DNA from: Candidatus Hadarchaeum sp. | GTDB taxonomy: Archaea > Hadarchaeota > Hadarchaeia > Hadarchaeales > Hadarchaeaceae | Direction of reading: 5' to 3' | Length of the DNA stretch: 39,213 bases | NCBI RefSeq assembly: GCF_049969415.1 | Contig: NZ_JBMFOX010000011.1 | Coordinates: 1-39,213, forward strand | Shown: positions 17,945 through 26,898 of the stretch, piece by piece | How positions within the stretch are numbered: the first letter of the stretch is position 1 | Layout of the letters: each line of letters starts with the position of its first letter | Made by a program: the position numbers and the translations under genes | Notes under the pieces: generated by a model | Seen by the model: only the letters and a program-made list of their open reading frames with translations | Database searches by the model: none | Told to the model about the DNA's origin: nothing

Positions 17945-19354
17945 CTATCTCACCCCTACCACCTGGGCAACTCCCCTCAGGTGCGGCCCGCCGTTACCGA
18001 CCCCGATAGTTTGCATCGGGTCACCCTTGCCACAGTTGGGCACCGGCCTCATCTCGAAATCTTTGCCCACAGCATCCACGCTCTTGAAAAACTCGGGAGC
18101 AACTCCCACTATTGAAGCGCCCCGGAAGGGCCCGGTGAGTTCTCCTCTTTTGATCAGAAATGCCTCCTTGGCGCTGATCTGAAAGTTGTGGCGTTTGGAG
18201 TCTATGCTGGGAATTTTCTGACCCTTGAGATAGACGCCATCGTTGATTTCGAAGAGCTCTTCCATGTCGTAATCGCCGGGCTCTATGAACGTGTTGCTCA
18301 TCCGGATTAGCGGAAGGTATTGAAAGCTCTGCGCGCGCATGTTTCCGTTGGGTAAAACGCCGAATTCGGCCGCGGTTTCACGGCTGTGCATGTGCTCCTT
18401 TAGAACTCCCTCTCTAATCAGCTCCTTGCGTCGTGCGGGTGTGCCCTCATCGTCATATTCATAATAACCCAGCGCGCCCTTCACCCGCGGGTCGTCGGTG
18501 GCGTTCAGGAGTTTTGATCCGATTCTTTTTCCGTTCATTCCCGCCCACCAGGCTTTGCCCGCCCACGCGGCTTCTCTCCCTAGCACGCGGTCGGCCTCGC
18601 TGGGATGGCCGATGATCTCATGGCACAAAAGAGCCACCAGATCTTGATCCAGAACCACAGTGGTCTTTTTCTCGGGTATCGTTTTGGCCGCAGCGAGCCT
18701 GCTTGCTTTCTGCCCCACGTTTTTTGCTTTTTCCGGAAGGTCAAAATTTTCGGCAATTTCGAAACCTCCAGAGCCACCGGCCATCTCGTCCATATACTCC
18801 ACAACAATACCGCGCTTGGCAAGGGCAAAGGTCTCACAGTAGGTCACCGTGTTGGAAAAGGCGATTTCGGCTCCCTCGCTGCTGATGAAAAATTTCTCCG
18901 TTTTGTCGCAGGCAAGGTAAGTCGTGGTGCGTTTGATGAACTTGTTCACGCGGGCACACCGATCGCTGTCGAGGCAGAGTTTCACTTTTTCTTCGAGAGA
19001 AATGGTGAATGGATCTGTGATGCTCTTTACTTCAACATTGTCCTCTTTAACAGGTATTTTTGCGAGATTGATTTTCCTTGCCCTATTGGCGCTCTTCCCC
19101 ATGTTGACAGCTGCCGCCACCGTTTTTTGAAGGGATTTTTTGCTCAGGTCAGTGCAGGAGGCAAACCCCCAAGTCTTTAGAAGCACCCGTAGTCCCAAGC
19201 CTTTAGTTTTGCCAGATTTCACCCGTTCAACTTTACCGTCTTTGACGACCACAGTTTCCCAGGTTGATTTTTCTAGCCGTGCGTCGGCGTATTTTGCGCC
19301 TGCCTTCAAGGCTTCTATGACCGCCCGCTCGGCAATGTCCTTGGCTACCTCCAA
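17945..19354 (-). CDS. tldD: TldD metalloprotease
   Basis: HEIIGHPSEAD (HExxxH), YDDEG, GNMRA, RMSNTF, CGKG. Start placed at TTG 19354 (GGTG just upstream) rather than the track's 19462. Confidence 0.92.
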   Translation of the reverse strand: MEVAKDIAERAVIEALKAGAKYADARLEKSTWETVVVKDGKVERVKSGKTKGLGLRVLLKTWGFASCTDLSKKSLQKTVAAAVNMGKSANRARKINLAKIPVKEDNVEVKSITDPFTISLEEKVKLCLDSDRCARVNKFIKRTTTYLACDKTEKFFISSEGAEIAFSNTVTYCETFALAKRGIVVEYMDEMAGGSGGFEIAENFDLPEKAKNVGQKASRLAAAKTIPEKKTTVVLDQDLVALLCHEIIGHPSEADRVLGREAAWAGKAWWAGMNGKRIGSKLLNATDDPRVKGALGYYEYDDEGTPARRKELIREGVLKEHMHSRETAAEFGVLPNGNMRAQSFQYLPLIRMSNTFIEPGDYDMEELFEINDGVYLKGQKIPSIDSKRHNFQISAKEAFLIKRGELTGPFRGASIVGVAPEFFKSVDAVGKDFEMRPVPNCGKGDPMQTIGVGNGGPHLRGVAQVVGVR

Positions 19355-19433
19355 ATGCCCACCGCTAACAGATTCGTGGCTGGCTCTAAAACTTTTCATA
19401 AGGGCTAATTTAATGCCGCACCTATTTGAATGT

Positions 19434-20057
19434 ATGAATAACTGCACGGGCCAAGGGACCAAAATTGTCTTTTACCAAGATAGTAAGTTCATCGTTTATC
19501 CTAGCGTTTATGAACCAGCGGAGGACACTTTTTTGATTGCCGATAATCTAGATGCCACGGCCGGTGAAAGGGTGCTGGAGTTAGGGACGGGGTGTGGTAT
19601 ATTGGCCATCTTGGCGGCAAAGGCAGGCGCAAATGTCGTGGCCACGGACGTCAACCCGGTAGCGCTGGAATGCGCTCGCGCCAATGCTTGCCAAAATGCA
19701 GTGGATGATCGCATCGACTTTAGGCTCGGTGATCTTTTCGATCCAGTGGGAAATGAACGCTTTGATGTTATAATTTTCAACCCACCTTATCTGCCGGTGG
19801 AGCCTCGGGAAAAGTTGAACGAGCCTCTTGAGCTGGCTTGGGACGGTGGAAGGGATGGGAGGAGGGTTATTAATCACTTCCTAAGCGGACTTCCGACTCA
19901 TCTGAGGCCGAGGGGACGAGCTTTTTTTGTGCAATCGTCGCTTTCCAATCTTGCTAAGACGTTTCAGTTTCTTGAGGCGAATGGTTTTGAATTTAAAACG
20001 TTGAAGAAGAGGTTATTTTTTGAGGAGATTTTTCTTTTTCTTTGCCTCAAGCGTTAA
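19434..20057 (+). CDS. hemK: HemK2/Mtq2-family release-factor glutamine N5-methyltransferase
   Basis: VYEPAEDTFL, LELGTGCG (SAM), FNPPY, WDGGRDGR, QSSL, FFE. Start at ATG 19434; the track's upstream extension is antisense to tldD. Confidence 0.88.
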   Translation: MNNCTGQGTKIVFYQDSKFIVYPSVYEPAEDTFLIADNLDATAGERVLELGTGCGILAILAAKAGANVVATDVNPVALECARANACQNAVDDRIDFRLGDLFDPVGNERFDVIIFNPPYLPVEPREKLNEPLELAWDGGRDGRRVINHFLSGLPTHLRPRGRAFFVQSSLSNLAKTFQFLEANGFEFKTLKKRLFFEEIFLFLCLKR

Positions 20058-20115
20058 AGTCCTTTTATCCGGAGAGGTTTAGTTCTTGATAGATGATGGA
20101 TTTTTGGGTGGCTTG

Positions 20116-20841
20116 ATGGATCCAAGATTGTTGGCTGAAATCGAGAGGAAGGCCAGCGGTTTAAAGCTGTCGCCGGAAGAGCTGGCAAAAATGATAGACC
20201 ATGCGTTGCTTCGTCCTGAGAGCACCCGAGATTCCTTTAAAAGGCTCTGTGCGGAGGCCAAAAAGTACCGTTTTTATTCAGTTTGCGTGAACCCGGCTTG
20301 GGTAAAGTTCTGCGCGGAAGAGTTACGGGGCACGGATATAAAGGTGGTTGCTGTGGTGAGCTTTCCATTTGGCCAGATGACGTCCAAGATGAAGGCATTG
20401 GAGGCAAGCGAGGCGATTGAGAACGGTGCCGCTGAGATCGATATGGTGATGAATCTCGGCGCCTTCAAGAGCCAGGACTACGAATATGTCCGGGAGGATA
20501 TCAAGGCCGTGGTGGAAGCGGTTCGGGGGAGCGTTGTCAAGGTAATTATCGAGGCCGGTTATCTCACCGATGACGAAGTGATTAAGGCTTGCGAGATTGC
20601 CAAGCGGTCAGGGGCCAGTTTTGTCAAGACCGCGACGGGATTTGGACCGTCAGGAGCCACGGTGTACCAGGTCTATTTGATGAGAAAAGCGGTCGGAGAG
20701 AATTTCGGTGTTAAAGCCTCGGGAGGGATTAGAAGCCTCCGTGATGCCTTGTTGATGATCGCCACGGGCGCCAACCGGATTGGTTCCAGCTCCAGCGTCA
20801 GAATAGTTGAGGAGTGCATGTCCGTCCAGACCAATAAGTAG
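20116..20841 (+). CDS. deoC: 2-deoxyribose-5-phosphate aldolase
   Basis: IDHALL, EIDMVMN, KVIIE, FVKTATGF (Schiff-base Lys), VKASGGIR, RIGSS. Start uncertain (20086, 20113 or 20116; GGTG precedes the latter two). Confidence 0.93.
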   Translation: MDPRLLAEIERKASGLKLSPEELAKMIDHALLRPESTRDSFKRLCAEAKKYRFYSVCVNPAWVKFCAEELRGTDIKVVAVVSFPFGQMTSKMKALEASEAIENGAAEIDMVMNLGAFKSQDYEYVREDIKAVVEAVRGSVVKVIIEAGYLTDDEVIKACEIAKRSGASFVKTATGFGPSGATVYQVYLMRKAVGENFGVKASGGIRSLRDALLMIATGANRIGSSSSVRIVEECMSVQTNK

Positions 20842-20906
20842 GTTCTAATAGGGAGTCCAACAAGATTTTTACCATACCGTGATGATTAAGACAGGTCGGT
20901 GCTTTC

Positions 20907-21017
20907 ATGGGAAAACGTCCGAGAAAGTGGAAGAAGAAAGGCCGCATGCGCTGGAAGTGGGTTCGGAAGCGGATGCGGCGCAAAATGCGAAGGATTAAGC
21001 AGAGAACCGGTGGCTAG
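20907..21017 (+). CDS. rpl41e: Ribosomal protein eL41 (eS32), 36 aa, not in the ORF track
   Basis: Hand translation [36 protein letters not shown]; contains the MRxKWxxKRxRR core of eL41 and the [10 protein letters not shown] extension of the Thermococcales form; TATA-like TTTTTA near 20866. Confidence 0.9.
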   Translation: MGKRPRKWKKKGRMRWKWVRKRMRRKMRRIKQRTGG

Positions 21018-21050
21018 TTTTGAGCCAGTTGTAAAGCCGGCGATTGGCTC
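21018..21050 (+). terminator. T-tract plus 10-bp stem-loop after the eL41 gene
   Basis: TTTT after the stop, then GAGCCAGTTG (21022-21031) pairing with CGATTGGCTC (21041-21050), including two G-U pairs. Confidence 0.45.
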
Positions 21051-21051
21051 G

Positions 21052-21086
21052 GCAAAAAGTATTTATAAATTGGATTAATAATCCAA
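21052..21086 (+). promoter_or_regulatory. BRE-TATA followed directly by a perfect 8-1-8 palindromic operator
   Basis: CAAAAAG...TTTATAAA (21062-21069), then TTGGATTA-A-TAATCCAA (21070-21086); start codon at 21099. Confidence 0.8.
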
Positions 21087-21098
21087 CAGGGTAATAAT

Positions 21099-21764
21099 TT
21101 GAGTTTGAGGTGGAAAATAGCGAAATGGCTCTACGGCGGCAGGACAGCCGATCAGGCCTTGGCCAAGAGATTTAAGATTTTCGTCCTTGTTGCGATCGGG
21201 CTCATCGCCGTCAGCAAGCTACTTTACCTGAGTGGTGTCGTGCCCTTTCCCAATCTTGAGTTAATCATCCCCACTTTGGTGGTCATAGGTTCGCTGTCAC
21301 TCTACTGCGGCAATTCTAAATCTTGGAGCCGCCTGGTGAAATATTTTGGCATCGTTGCCTTGGCCAGCGTTTATTTGGCAGACTTGGCCTTCTGGGGTCC
21401 AAACCCAATTTATGCCTTCACTTGGTCCGGTTTCATCATCGTCTGGCTGATTAGCCTGAAAAACAAGCTGTCGGCTTTCGATCGTTTCAAGAAGTTGCTG
21501 TACCAGACGACCCTCACCGCAGCCGTGGGCATTCTGATCTTTGATATCTGGACTGCCTTTGGCTGCTGGCTCGGCTGGGGGGAGAAATCCATCGCCGGTT
21601 TGATAGCCATCTACCTCGCCCAGATTCCCTTTACCCTCTATCACCTAGCATCAGTACTGTTCGTGCCGCCTCTCCTTGGGCTGGGGAAGTTGATGATGAA
21701 GGTTAGGGTACCCGTTTCGGTCGCGGTCAACGTTGGTTCTGGCGTCAGGGCCAAAGAAAAATGA
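21099..21764 (+). CDS. ECF-transporter S-component-like membrane protein (probably corrinoid-specific, CbrT/BtuM-like)
   Basis: About 6 TM helices, PNLELI motif after TM1, late helix ..YLAQIPFTLYH; coupled (ATGA overlap) to a DUF4430-like gene. Confidence 0.65.
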   Translation: MSLRWKIAKWLYGGRTADQALAKRFKIFVLVAIGLIAVSKLLYLSGVVPFPNLELIIPTLVVIGSLSLYCGNSKSWSRLVKYFGIVALASVYLADLAFWGPNPIYAFTWSGFIIVWLISLKNKLSAFDRFKKLLYQTTLTAAVGILIFDIWTAFGCWLGWGEKSIAGLIAIYLAQIPFTLYHLASVLFVPPLLGLGKLMMKVRVPVSVAVNVGSGVRAKEK

Positions 21765-22174
21765 ACGGAGGTGGAAAGTTGAATAAGGGACTCGCCGCAC
21801 AGATTTTGGCGTTGGTCGTCATCGTCGGCTTTCTCTGCTTTGCCGGTGGCTACTATCTGGCGAGCGGGATGACCAAGCAGACCGAGCAGTACACCTATGG
21901 TGAGAACATTAAGGTCCGAGTCAAAATACCGGATCTCGGCATCGACAAAGAGGTAGTTCTTTACAAGGGCATGACGCCTTTTGACGCCCTGCTTAAAGTG
22001 GCCAGCCTGAAAACAGAGTATTACGAGAGCTTCAGTGCCTCGATAGTCACGGAAATCGGAGGACTGCAGCAAGGCTGGGGATATCGTGTAAATGGCAATG
22101 AGCCTCCAGTAGGGATGCAGGATTACCAGTTGAGGGATGGAGATTTGCTGGAGCTGTTTAAGCTCGTTTACTGA
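21761..22174 (+). CDS. Membrane-anchored DUF4430 (transcobalamin C-terminal-like beta-grasp) protein
   Basis: N-terminal TM, then T.FDALL, IVTEIGG, W.YRVNG..P.VG..DY.L.DGD pattern. Confidence 0.8.
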   Translation: MNGGGKLNKGLAAQILALVVIVGFLCFAGGYYLASGMTKQTEQYTYGENIKVRVKIPDLGIDKEVVLYKGMTPFDALLKVASLKTEYYESFSASIVTEIGGLQQGWGYRVNGNEPPVGMQDYQLRDGDLLELFKLVY

Positions 22175-22730
22175 GGGTTCTGGCGGCGGCCCTTGCCCCC
22201 GCCTCGGCGGTCAACAGGTCTTTGCCCCCGCCGATGATCACGACATCTCCTTCCCGCAGGGATAGGGCCTCGATCAAAGATTCGCTAACTTCTTTTTTGA
22301 TTTTGATAAATTCACCAGGAAGACTTAGCTTGCCTTCTTTGAAGACCAGCACCGTGGCACCGTTAGCCCCAACCTTTATTGCCTCATCCCGCTGTTCGAT
22401 GCCGCGTTTCACCCTTGTAGCCGCCCCTCTAACAACAGTAGCCACGCTGGCTTTACCCACCGCCAGATCACCTACGTCAACCGGCACAAATTCATTTGGC
22501 TCTCTGAGGAAGGACTTTCCCTTTTCAGTTATGGCGTGCCCACCCTTGGACGAAGTTATCAAACCCTGTTCTTTTAGATGATCGAGTATCGTTCGGACGC
22601 TGCCTTCGCCAATCCCGAGCTTGCTTGCCAGTTGCTTGCGCCCGATTCTCTTATGTCTGGATATCAGTTCAAGCGTTAGCTGGATGTGAATTTCAGAAAA
22701 TCTTGGCAGCGGTCCCCTTACCCTTGGCAT
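22158..22730 (-). CDS. Winged-HTH protein with DUF4443-like C-terminal domain (PH0730-like putative regulator)
   Basis: IGRKQLASKLGIGEGSVRTIL..LK..GLI...GGH.IT.KG HTH, then GIEQRDEAIKVGANGAT motif; 8 nt downstream of the carbamate kinase gene. Confidence 0.75.
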   Translation of the reverse strand: MPRVRGPLPRFSEIHIQLTLELISRHKRIGRKQLASKLGIGEGSVRTILDHLKEQGLITSSKGGHAITEKGKSFLREPNEFVPVDVGDLAVGKASVATVVRGAATRVKRGIEQRDEAIKVGANGATVLVFKEGKLSLPGEFIKIKKEVSESLIEALSLREGDVVIIGGGKDLLTAEAGARAAARTLSKRA

Positions 22731-22738
22731 GTTTTTTC

Positions 22739-23704
22739 TTATCCCCGAACTATATGGGTGCCGGTTTTGCCCTCAAGGGCCTCGGTCACCTTGTCCAGCG
22801 AGCTGATAATGGCCCGCTTGCCTCTCCATTCCAAAAAACGAATACAAGCTTTAACCTTCGGCCCCATGCTGCCGGCGAGGAAGTGTCCCTCTTTCAGATA
22901 GCGTTTGGCTTCCTCAACTGTCATCCGGGATATTTCTGTCTCGTTCGGTTTGCCGAAGTTTAGCTTGACCTTTTCCACGTCGGTGAGAATGAGGAAGGTG
23001 TCGGCGTCAACCACCTCAGCCAGCTTCTCTCCCGCCAAATCCTTATCGATGACGGCGTCCACGCCTCGATAATTTCCGTTATCGTTCAAAATTACGGGAA
23101 TGCCGCCCCCGCCCGAGGCAATGACGATTATCCCGGCGTCGACCATTTTTCTTATGGCCTCGGCCTCAACGTTGGCAATCGGGTCGGGGGAGGGAACAAC
23201 GCGTCTCCAGCACCTTTCACCCGTGGGCTTAACCTTCTTGAAAATGTAATCGGGATGCTTTGCCTTTTCCTCCTTCATCTCAGCCTCGGTGAGAAAGTTA
23301 CCAACCGGTTTGGAGGCGTTTTCCTCCTGGAATTCTGGGTCGTCCTTACTAACCAAAACCCGATTAACCACTGCGATGACCTGCTTGCGGATGCCAAGCT
23401 TTCTCAGCTGGTTATCAAGAGTTTGCTGCAGCATATATCCTATCTGACCCTGCGTCATGGCGCCCAGAACGTCCATGTCCTGAGGGGGAATCACAGATTT
23501 TGCTAGGTCCTGTTGGACGGCTAGGTTGCCGACCTGTGGACCGTTGCCGTGCGTTATGATCAGCCTGTCCTCTGGCCCCATTTTTTTGACCACTTGGGCG
23601 AGCAATGCCGCCGTCTTTTTACAGTTGTCAAATTGTTCTTGAGTGGTGCCTTTCTCATGCGCTTGTTTTATGGCGTTACCGCCTAAAGCGACCAACAATC
23701 TCAA
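22739..23704 (-). CDS. arcC: Carbamate kinase
   Basis: ALGGNA, THGNGPQVG, KPVG, WRRVVPSP, GGGGIPV, AVIDKD, GSMGPKV. Confidence 0.96.
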   Translation of the reverse strand: MRLLVALGGNAIKQAHEKGTTQEQFDNCKKTAALLAQVVKKMGPEDRLIITHGNGPQVGNLAVQQDLAKSVIPPQDMDVLGAMTQGQIGYMLQQTLDNQLRKLGIRKQVIAVVNRVLVSKDDPEFQEENASKPVGNFLTEAEMKEEKAKHPDYIFKKVKPTGERCWRRVVPSPDPIANVEAEAIRKMVDAGIIVIASGGGGIPVILNDNGNYRGVDAVIDKDLAGEKLAEVVDADTFLILTDVEKVKLNFGKPNETEISRMTVEEAKRYLKEGHFLAGSMGPKVKACIRFLEWRGKRAIISSLDKVTEALEGKTGTHIVRG

Positions 23705-23760
23705 ACCATCACCTTATCTTCCATCAACAGATACCATATAAAAATATTAGGGTGGGCCGC

Positions 23761-24693
23761 TCAGGGAAGTCCCTTTATCAGGGCCACCAGCAGCGCCTTC
23801 TGGGCATGCATTCTGTTTTCGGCTTGATCCCAGACTGCGGAATGAGGACCATCTATTACTTCATCGGTAATCTCCTGTCCCCGGTGTGCGGGCAGACAGT
23901 GCATCACGATAACGTTGGGGCTGGCTTTTTCAACAAGCTGCTCGTTGACTTGGTATTTTTTGAACACTTCCAGGCGAGTTTTGGCTTCCGCCTCTTGCCC
24001 CATCGAGACCCAAACGTCCGTGTAAATGACATCAGCACCTTTAACGGCCTTTTCCGGATCCGTTTCTATTTCAACCAAACTTCCGCTTTTTGCGGCGCGG
24101 TTTTTCGCCCAGCTGGCAATTTCCGCCGGTGGCTCATAGCCTCTGGGACAAGCGGCGCGGAAGTTGGCGCCTACCAAGGAACACCCTTCCATCAGGGAGA
24201 TGCAGACGTTGTTGCCATCGCCGACCCAAGCCACGTTAATTCCACTTAATTTGCCAAACTTTTCCCTGATGGTCATCAAGTCCGCTAGCGCCTGACAGGG
24301 GTGGTGGAGGTCGGTTAGCCCGTTGATTACCGGAACTCTGGAATGTTTGGCGAGCTCCTCGGCATCCTGGTGTTTGAAAAGTCTGGCCATGATCGCGTCC
24401 ACGTATCTGGAAAGCGTTCTGGCGGTGTCGGCAATGGTTTCACCACGGCCGAGTTGAAGGTCGTTCATCCCCAAGTAGATGGCGTGTCCGCCCAGCTGCG
24501 TCATGCCGGTCTCAAAGCTAACCCTTGTTCTCGTGGAGGGTTTGGCAAAAATCATGCCCAGGGTTTTACCGTGGAGAATTTCATGGCTCTTGCCTTCTTT
24601 GGTTTCACTCTTCAGGCGATCGGCTAAGTTCAGAATCGAATCAATTTCCTCGGCACTCAGGTCGTGAATTGCCAGAAGGTGTTTTCCCTTCAT
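23761..24693 (-). CDS. argF: Ornithine carbamoyltransferase
   Basis: PSTRTRVSF, HPCQ, TDVWVSMG, HCLP, QAENR. Confidence 0.97.
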   Translation of the reverse strand: MKGKHLLAIHDLSAEEIDSILNLADRLKSETKEGKSHEILHGKTLGMIFAKPSTRTRVSFETGMTQLGGHAIYLGMNDLQLGRGETIADTARTLSRYVDAIMARLFKHQDAEELAKHSRVPVINGLTDLHHPCQALADLMTIREKFGKLSGINVAWVGDGNNVCISLMEGCSLVGANFRAACPRGYEPPAEIASWAKNRAAKSGSLVEIETDPEKAVKGADVIYTDVWVSMGQEAEAKTRLEVFKKYQVNEQLVEKASPNVIVMHCLPAHRGQEITDEVIDGPHSAVWDQAENRMHAQKALLVALIKGLP

Positions 24694-25874
24694 TTTTCAA
24701 CCTCTGCGATAATACAATCAAGCTCGCTTATTAAGCTATCGATGTGTTCTTGTTCGACAATTAGCGGTGGGACGAACCTCAGGACTTTATCGGCGGTGCA
24801 GTTTATCAGAAAACCGCGCTCTCTGGCTTTAACCACGACGGCTTCTGCAATTGATTTTTCTTTTAGTTCCAGCCCCAAGAGCAAACCGAGGCCCCTGGCC
24901 TCCTCTATGCAGTCGTGTTTTTCGTCGAGCTCGTTCAAACGTTTCAGGAAATATCCCCCCAGCTTAGCCGCGCGCTCAGGAAGTTTTAGCTTCTGCATGG
25001 TCTTTACCGATGCGATGGCAGCGGAGCAGGCCAGCGGATTTCCTCCAAAGGTGGAGGCGTGATCTCCAGGGGCGAAGGATTCCATGACTTCTAGTCTAGC
25101 ACCCATGCAGCCGATTGGGAAGCCACCGCCCAGCGCTTTGGCCATGGTGATCTCGTCGGGCAGCACCTTCCAGTGCTCGCAGGCGAACCACTTTCCCGTG
25201 CGCCCAAGCCCGGTCTGAACTTCGTCGCAGATTAACAACAGGTCGTTTTCATCGCAAATTTTTCTCAGACCAGGCAGATAGTCCTTGGATGGTATGTTGA
25301 CCCCTCCTTCGCCTTGAACTGGTTCGACGATGACGGCGGCGGTTTCATCTCTGATGGCCCTTTCGACCGCATTCAGGTCATCGTAAGGCACGAAGTCGAA
25401 TATTTTCGGGATCAGGGCCTTGAACGGCTCCCGGTAAGAGGGCTTCCACGTGGCGCCGACCGTGGCAATTGTTCTGCCGTGGAACGAACCCTGCATGGCG
25501 ATGATTCTCCTTTTCTTGGTGTGCTTTACAGCCAGCTTGAAGGCGGCTTCGACCGCCTCCGCCCCGGAGTTACAGAAGAAGAATTTACCGATTGAGCGGG
25601 GGACTATCCTTGCCAGCAAGGCAGCGAGTTCAGCCTGGGGCTGGATGTGGTACAGGTTGGAAATGTGGATCAGCTTGTTCGCCTGCTTGGTGATCGCCTT
25701 GACAACCTCGGGATGGCAGTGGCCCAAGGAACAAACGGCGACACCGGCGACGAAATCCAAGTATCTCCTGCCGGCGGAATCCCACACGAACATGCCGCGT
25801 CCTTTCACGATGGTTAAAGGCTGACGTTTATAGGTATGGGCGATGTAGCGCTCGGTCATTTTTATGGTGTCCAT
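24690..25874 (-). CDS. argD: Acetylornithine aminotransferase
   Basis: NSGAEA, FHGRT, EPVQGEGG, DEVQTG, AKALGGG, HASTFGGNP; located between argB and argF. Confidence 0.93.
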   Translation of the reverse strand: MDTIKMTERYIAHTYKRQPLTIVKGRGMFVWDSAGRRYLDFVAGVAVCSLGHCHPEVVKAITKQANKLIHISNLYHIQPQAELAALLARIVPRSIGKFFFCNSGAEAVEAAFKLAVKHTKKRRIIAMQGSFHGRTIATVGATWKPSYREPFKALIPKIFDFVPYDDLNAVERAIRDETAAVIVEPVQGEGGVNIPSKDYLPGLRKICDENDLLLICDEVQTGLGRTGKWFACEHWKVLPDEITMAKALGGGFPIGCMGARLEVMESFAPGDHASTFGGNPLACSAAIASVKTMQKLKLPERAAKLGGYFLKRLNELDEKHDCIEEARGLGLLLGLELKEKSIAEAVVVKARERGFLINCTADKVLRFVPPLIVEQEHIDSLISELDCIIAEVEK

Positions 25875-25875
25875 T

Positions 25876-26793
25876 TTACTTGCCCCGCACGATCATCGTG
25901 CCGATGCCGGTTTCGGTTAGTATCTCAAGCAACAGCGCGTGGGGGATGTTACCGTTGATTATATGGCAGCGCTCAACGCCCAGTTGCAGGGCTTTCAGGC
26001 AGGCTTCCACCTTAGGTATCATGCCCTTCTTGACAATCCCCTGCTGGATCAGCGTCTGGATTTCCTCCGCCGTCAGTGTGGAAATCAGGGTTTTCTCGTC
26101 GTTCGGGTCCCTCATTACTCCCATGACATCAGTTATTATCACCAGTTTTTTGGCACGGATGGCCCCGGCCAGCTCCGCGGCCACCATGTCGGCATTGATG
26201 TTCAAGCTGCGGCCTTCGGCATCTATGCCGATGGGGGCAATCACCGGGATGCAGCCGGCCTTGAGAAAGTTGTGGATGATGGCCGGGTCGATCTTCTCCA
26301 CCTCACCGACCAGGCCGAGGTCAATTTCCACCTCTTTGCCCTTGCTCGTGGTGGTTTTGTAAATGAGCTTGCGCGCGCGAATGAGATTTCCGTCCATCCC
26401 CGAGATTCCGAAGGCCTTTCCTCCGTGTTGGTTTATCCCTAGGACTATTTGCTTGTTAATCTTACCGGCGAGTTGCTCGTGGAGAATCTCCATCGTTTTT
26501 TCATCGGTGACCCTGAGGCCTTCAATGAACTTTGGTTTCACTCCGCTTTTGCGCATTTCTTCACTTATCTCCGGCCCGCCACCGTGAACTATGACCATTT
26601 TCATACCAAAGAGCCTCAGAAGCACTACATCTTGGAGAATGGTGTTCAGCATCTCCTCGTTGCTTATCACCCTGCCCCCCAGCTTCACGACGATTATCTT
26701 GTCGTGGAACTGTTGAATGAAAGGGAGTGCCTCCAGCAGGACCTTTGCCCGATCGGTCATTTTGGCGCTGTTGTTCATGCCATCATTATTCAT
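25876..26793 (-). CDS. argB: Acetylglutamate kinase (arginine-sensitive type)
   Basis: N-terminal helix LLEALPFI, VVKLGG, VHGGG, GLRVTD, NINAD, GMIPKV, C-terminal LEILTETGIGT; exact start uncertain among three Met codons. Confidence 0.95.
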   Translation of the reverse strand: MNNDGMNNSAKMTDRAKVLLEALPFIQQFHDKIIVVKLGGRVISNEEMLNTILQDVVLLRLFGMKMVIVHGGGPEISEEMRKSGVKPKFIEGLRVTDEKTMEILHEQLAGKINKQIVLGINQHGGKAFGISGMDGNLIRARKLIYKTTTSKGKEVEIDLGLVGEVEKIDPAIIHNFLKAGCIPVIAPIGIDAEGRSLNINADMVAAELAGAIRAKKLVIITDVMGVMRDPNDEKTLISTLTAEEIQTLIQQGIVKKGMIPKVEACLKALQLGVERCHIINGNIPHALLLEILTETGIGTMIVRGK

Positions 26794-26869
26794 TACAATT
26801 TATTCTAGGGATAAAAAACTATTCCATAATTTTGCTTCTCAGTCAGATGCAGGCAAAAATTTTCAAGGG

Positions 26870-26887
26870 GTAAAAAGACAAAAAAGG
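26870..26887 (-). terminator. Oligo-T terminator after the 96-aa gene
   Basis: Minus strand reads CTTTTTTGTCTTTTTAC about 12 nt after the stop at 26899. Confidence 0.5.
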
Positions 26888-26898
26888 GTTGGTAATTA

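Noticed and set aside
19140-19462. Apparent long head-to-head overlap of tldD and hemK2
   Set aside because: Artefact of longest-ORF starts; family homology begins near 19354 (-) and 19434 (+), leaving a normal divergent promoter.
20879-20906. Box C/D sRNA (GTGATGA)
   Set aside because: No CTGA box D at a suitable distance; the region is the eL41 promoter/leader.
21018-21098. Cobalamin riboswitch upstream of the ECF-S gene
   Set aside because: Only 81 nt, with the TATA box about 30 nt from the start codon and no B12-box.
26775-26810. ARG-box-like TGAAT repeats at the argB start
   Set aside because: Poor second half-site, AT-rich context and no ArgR gene in view.
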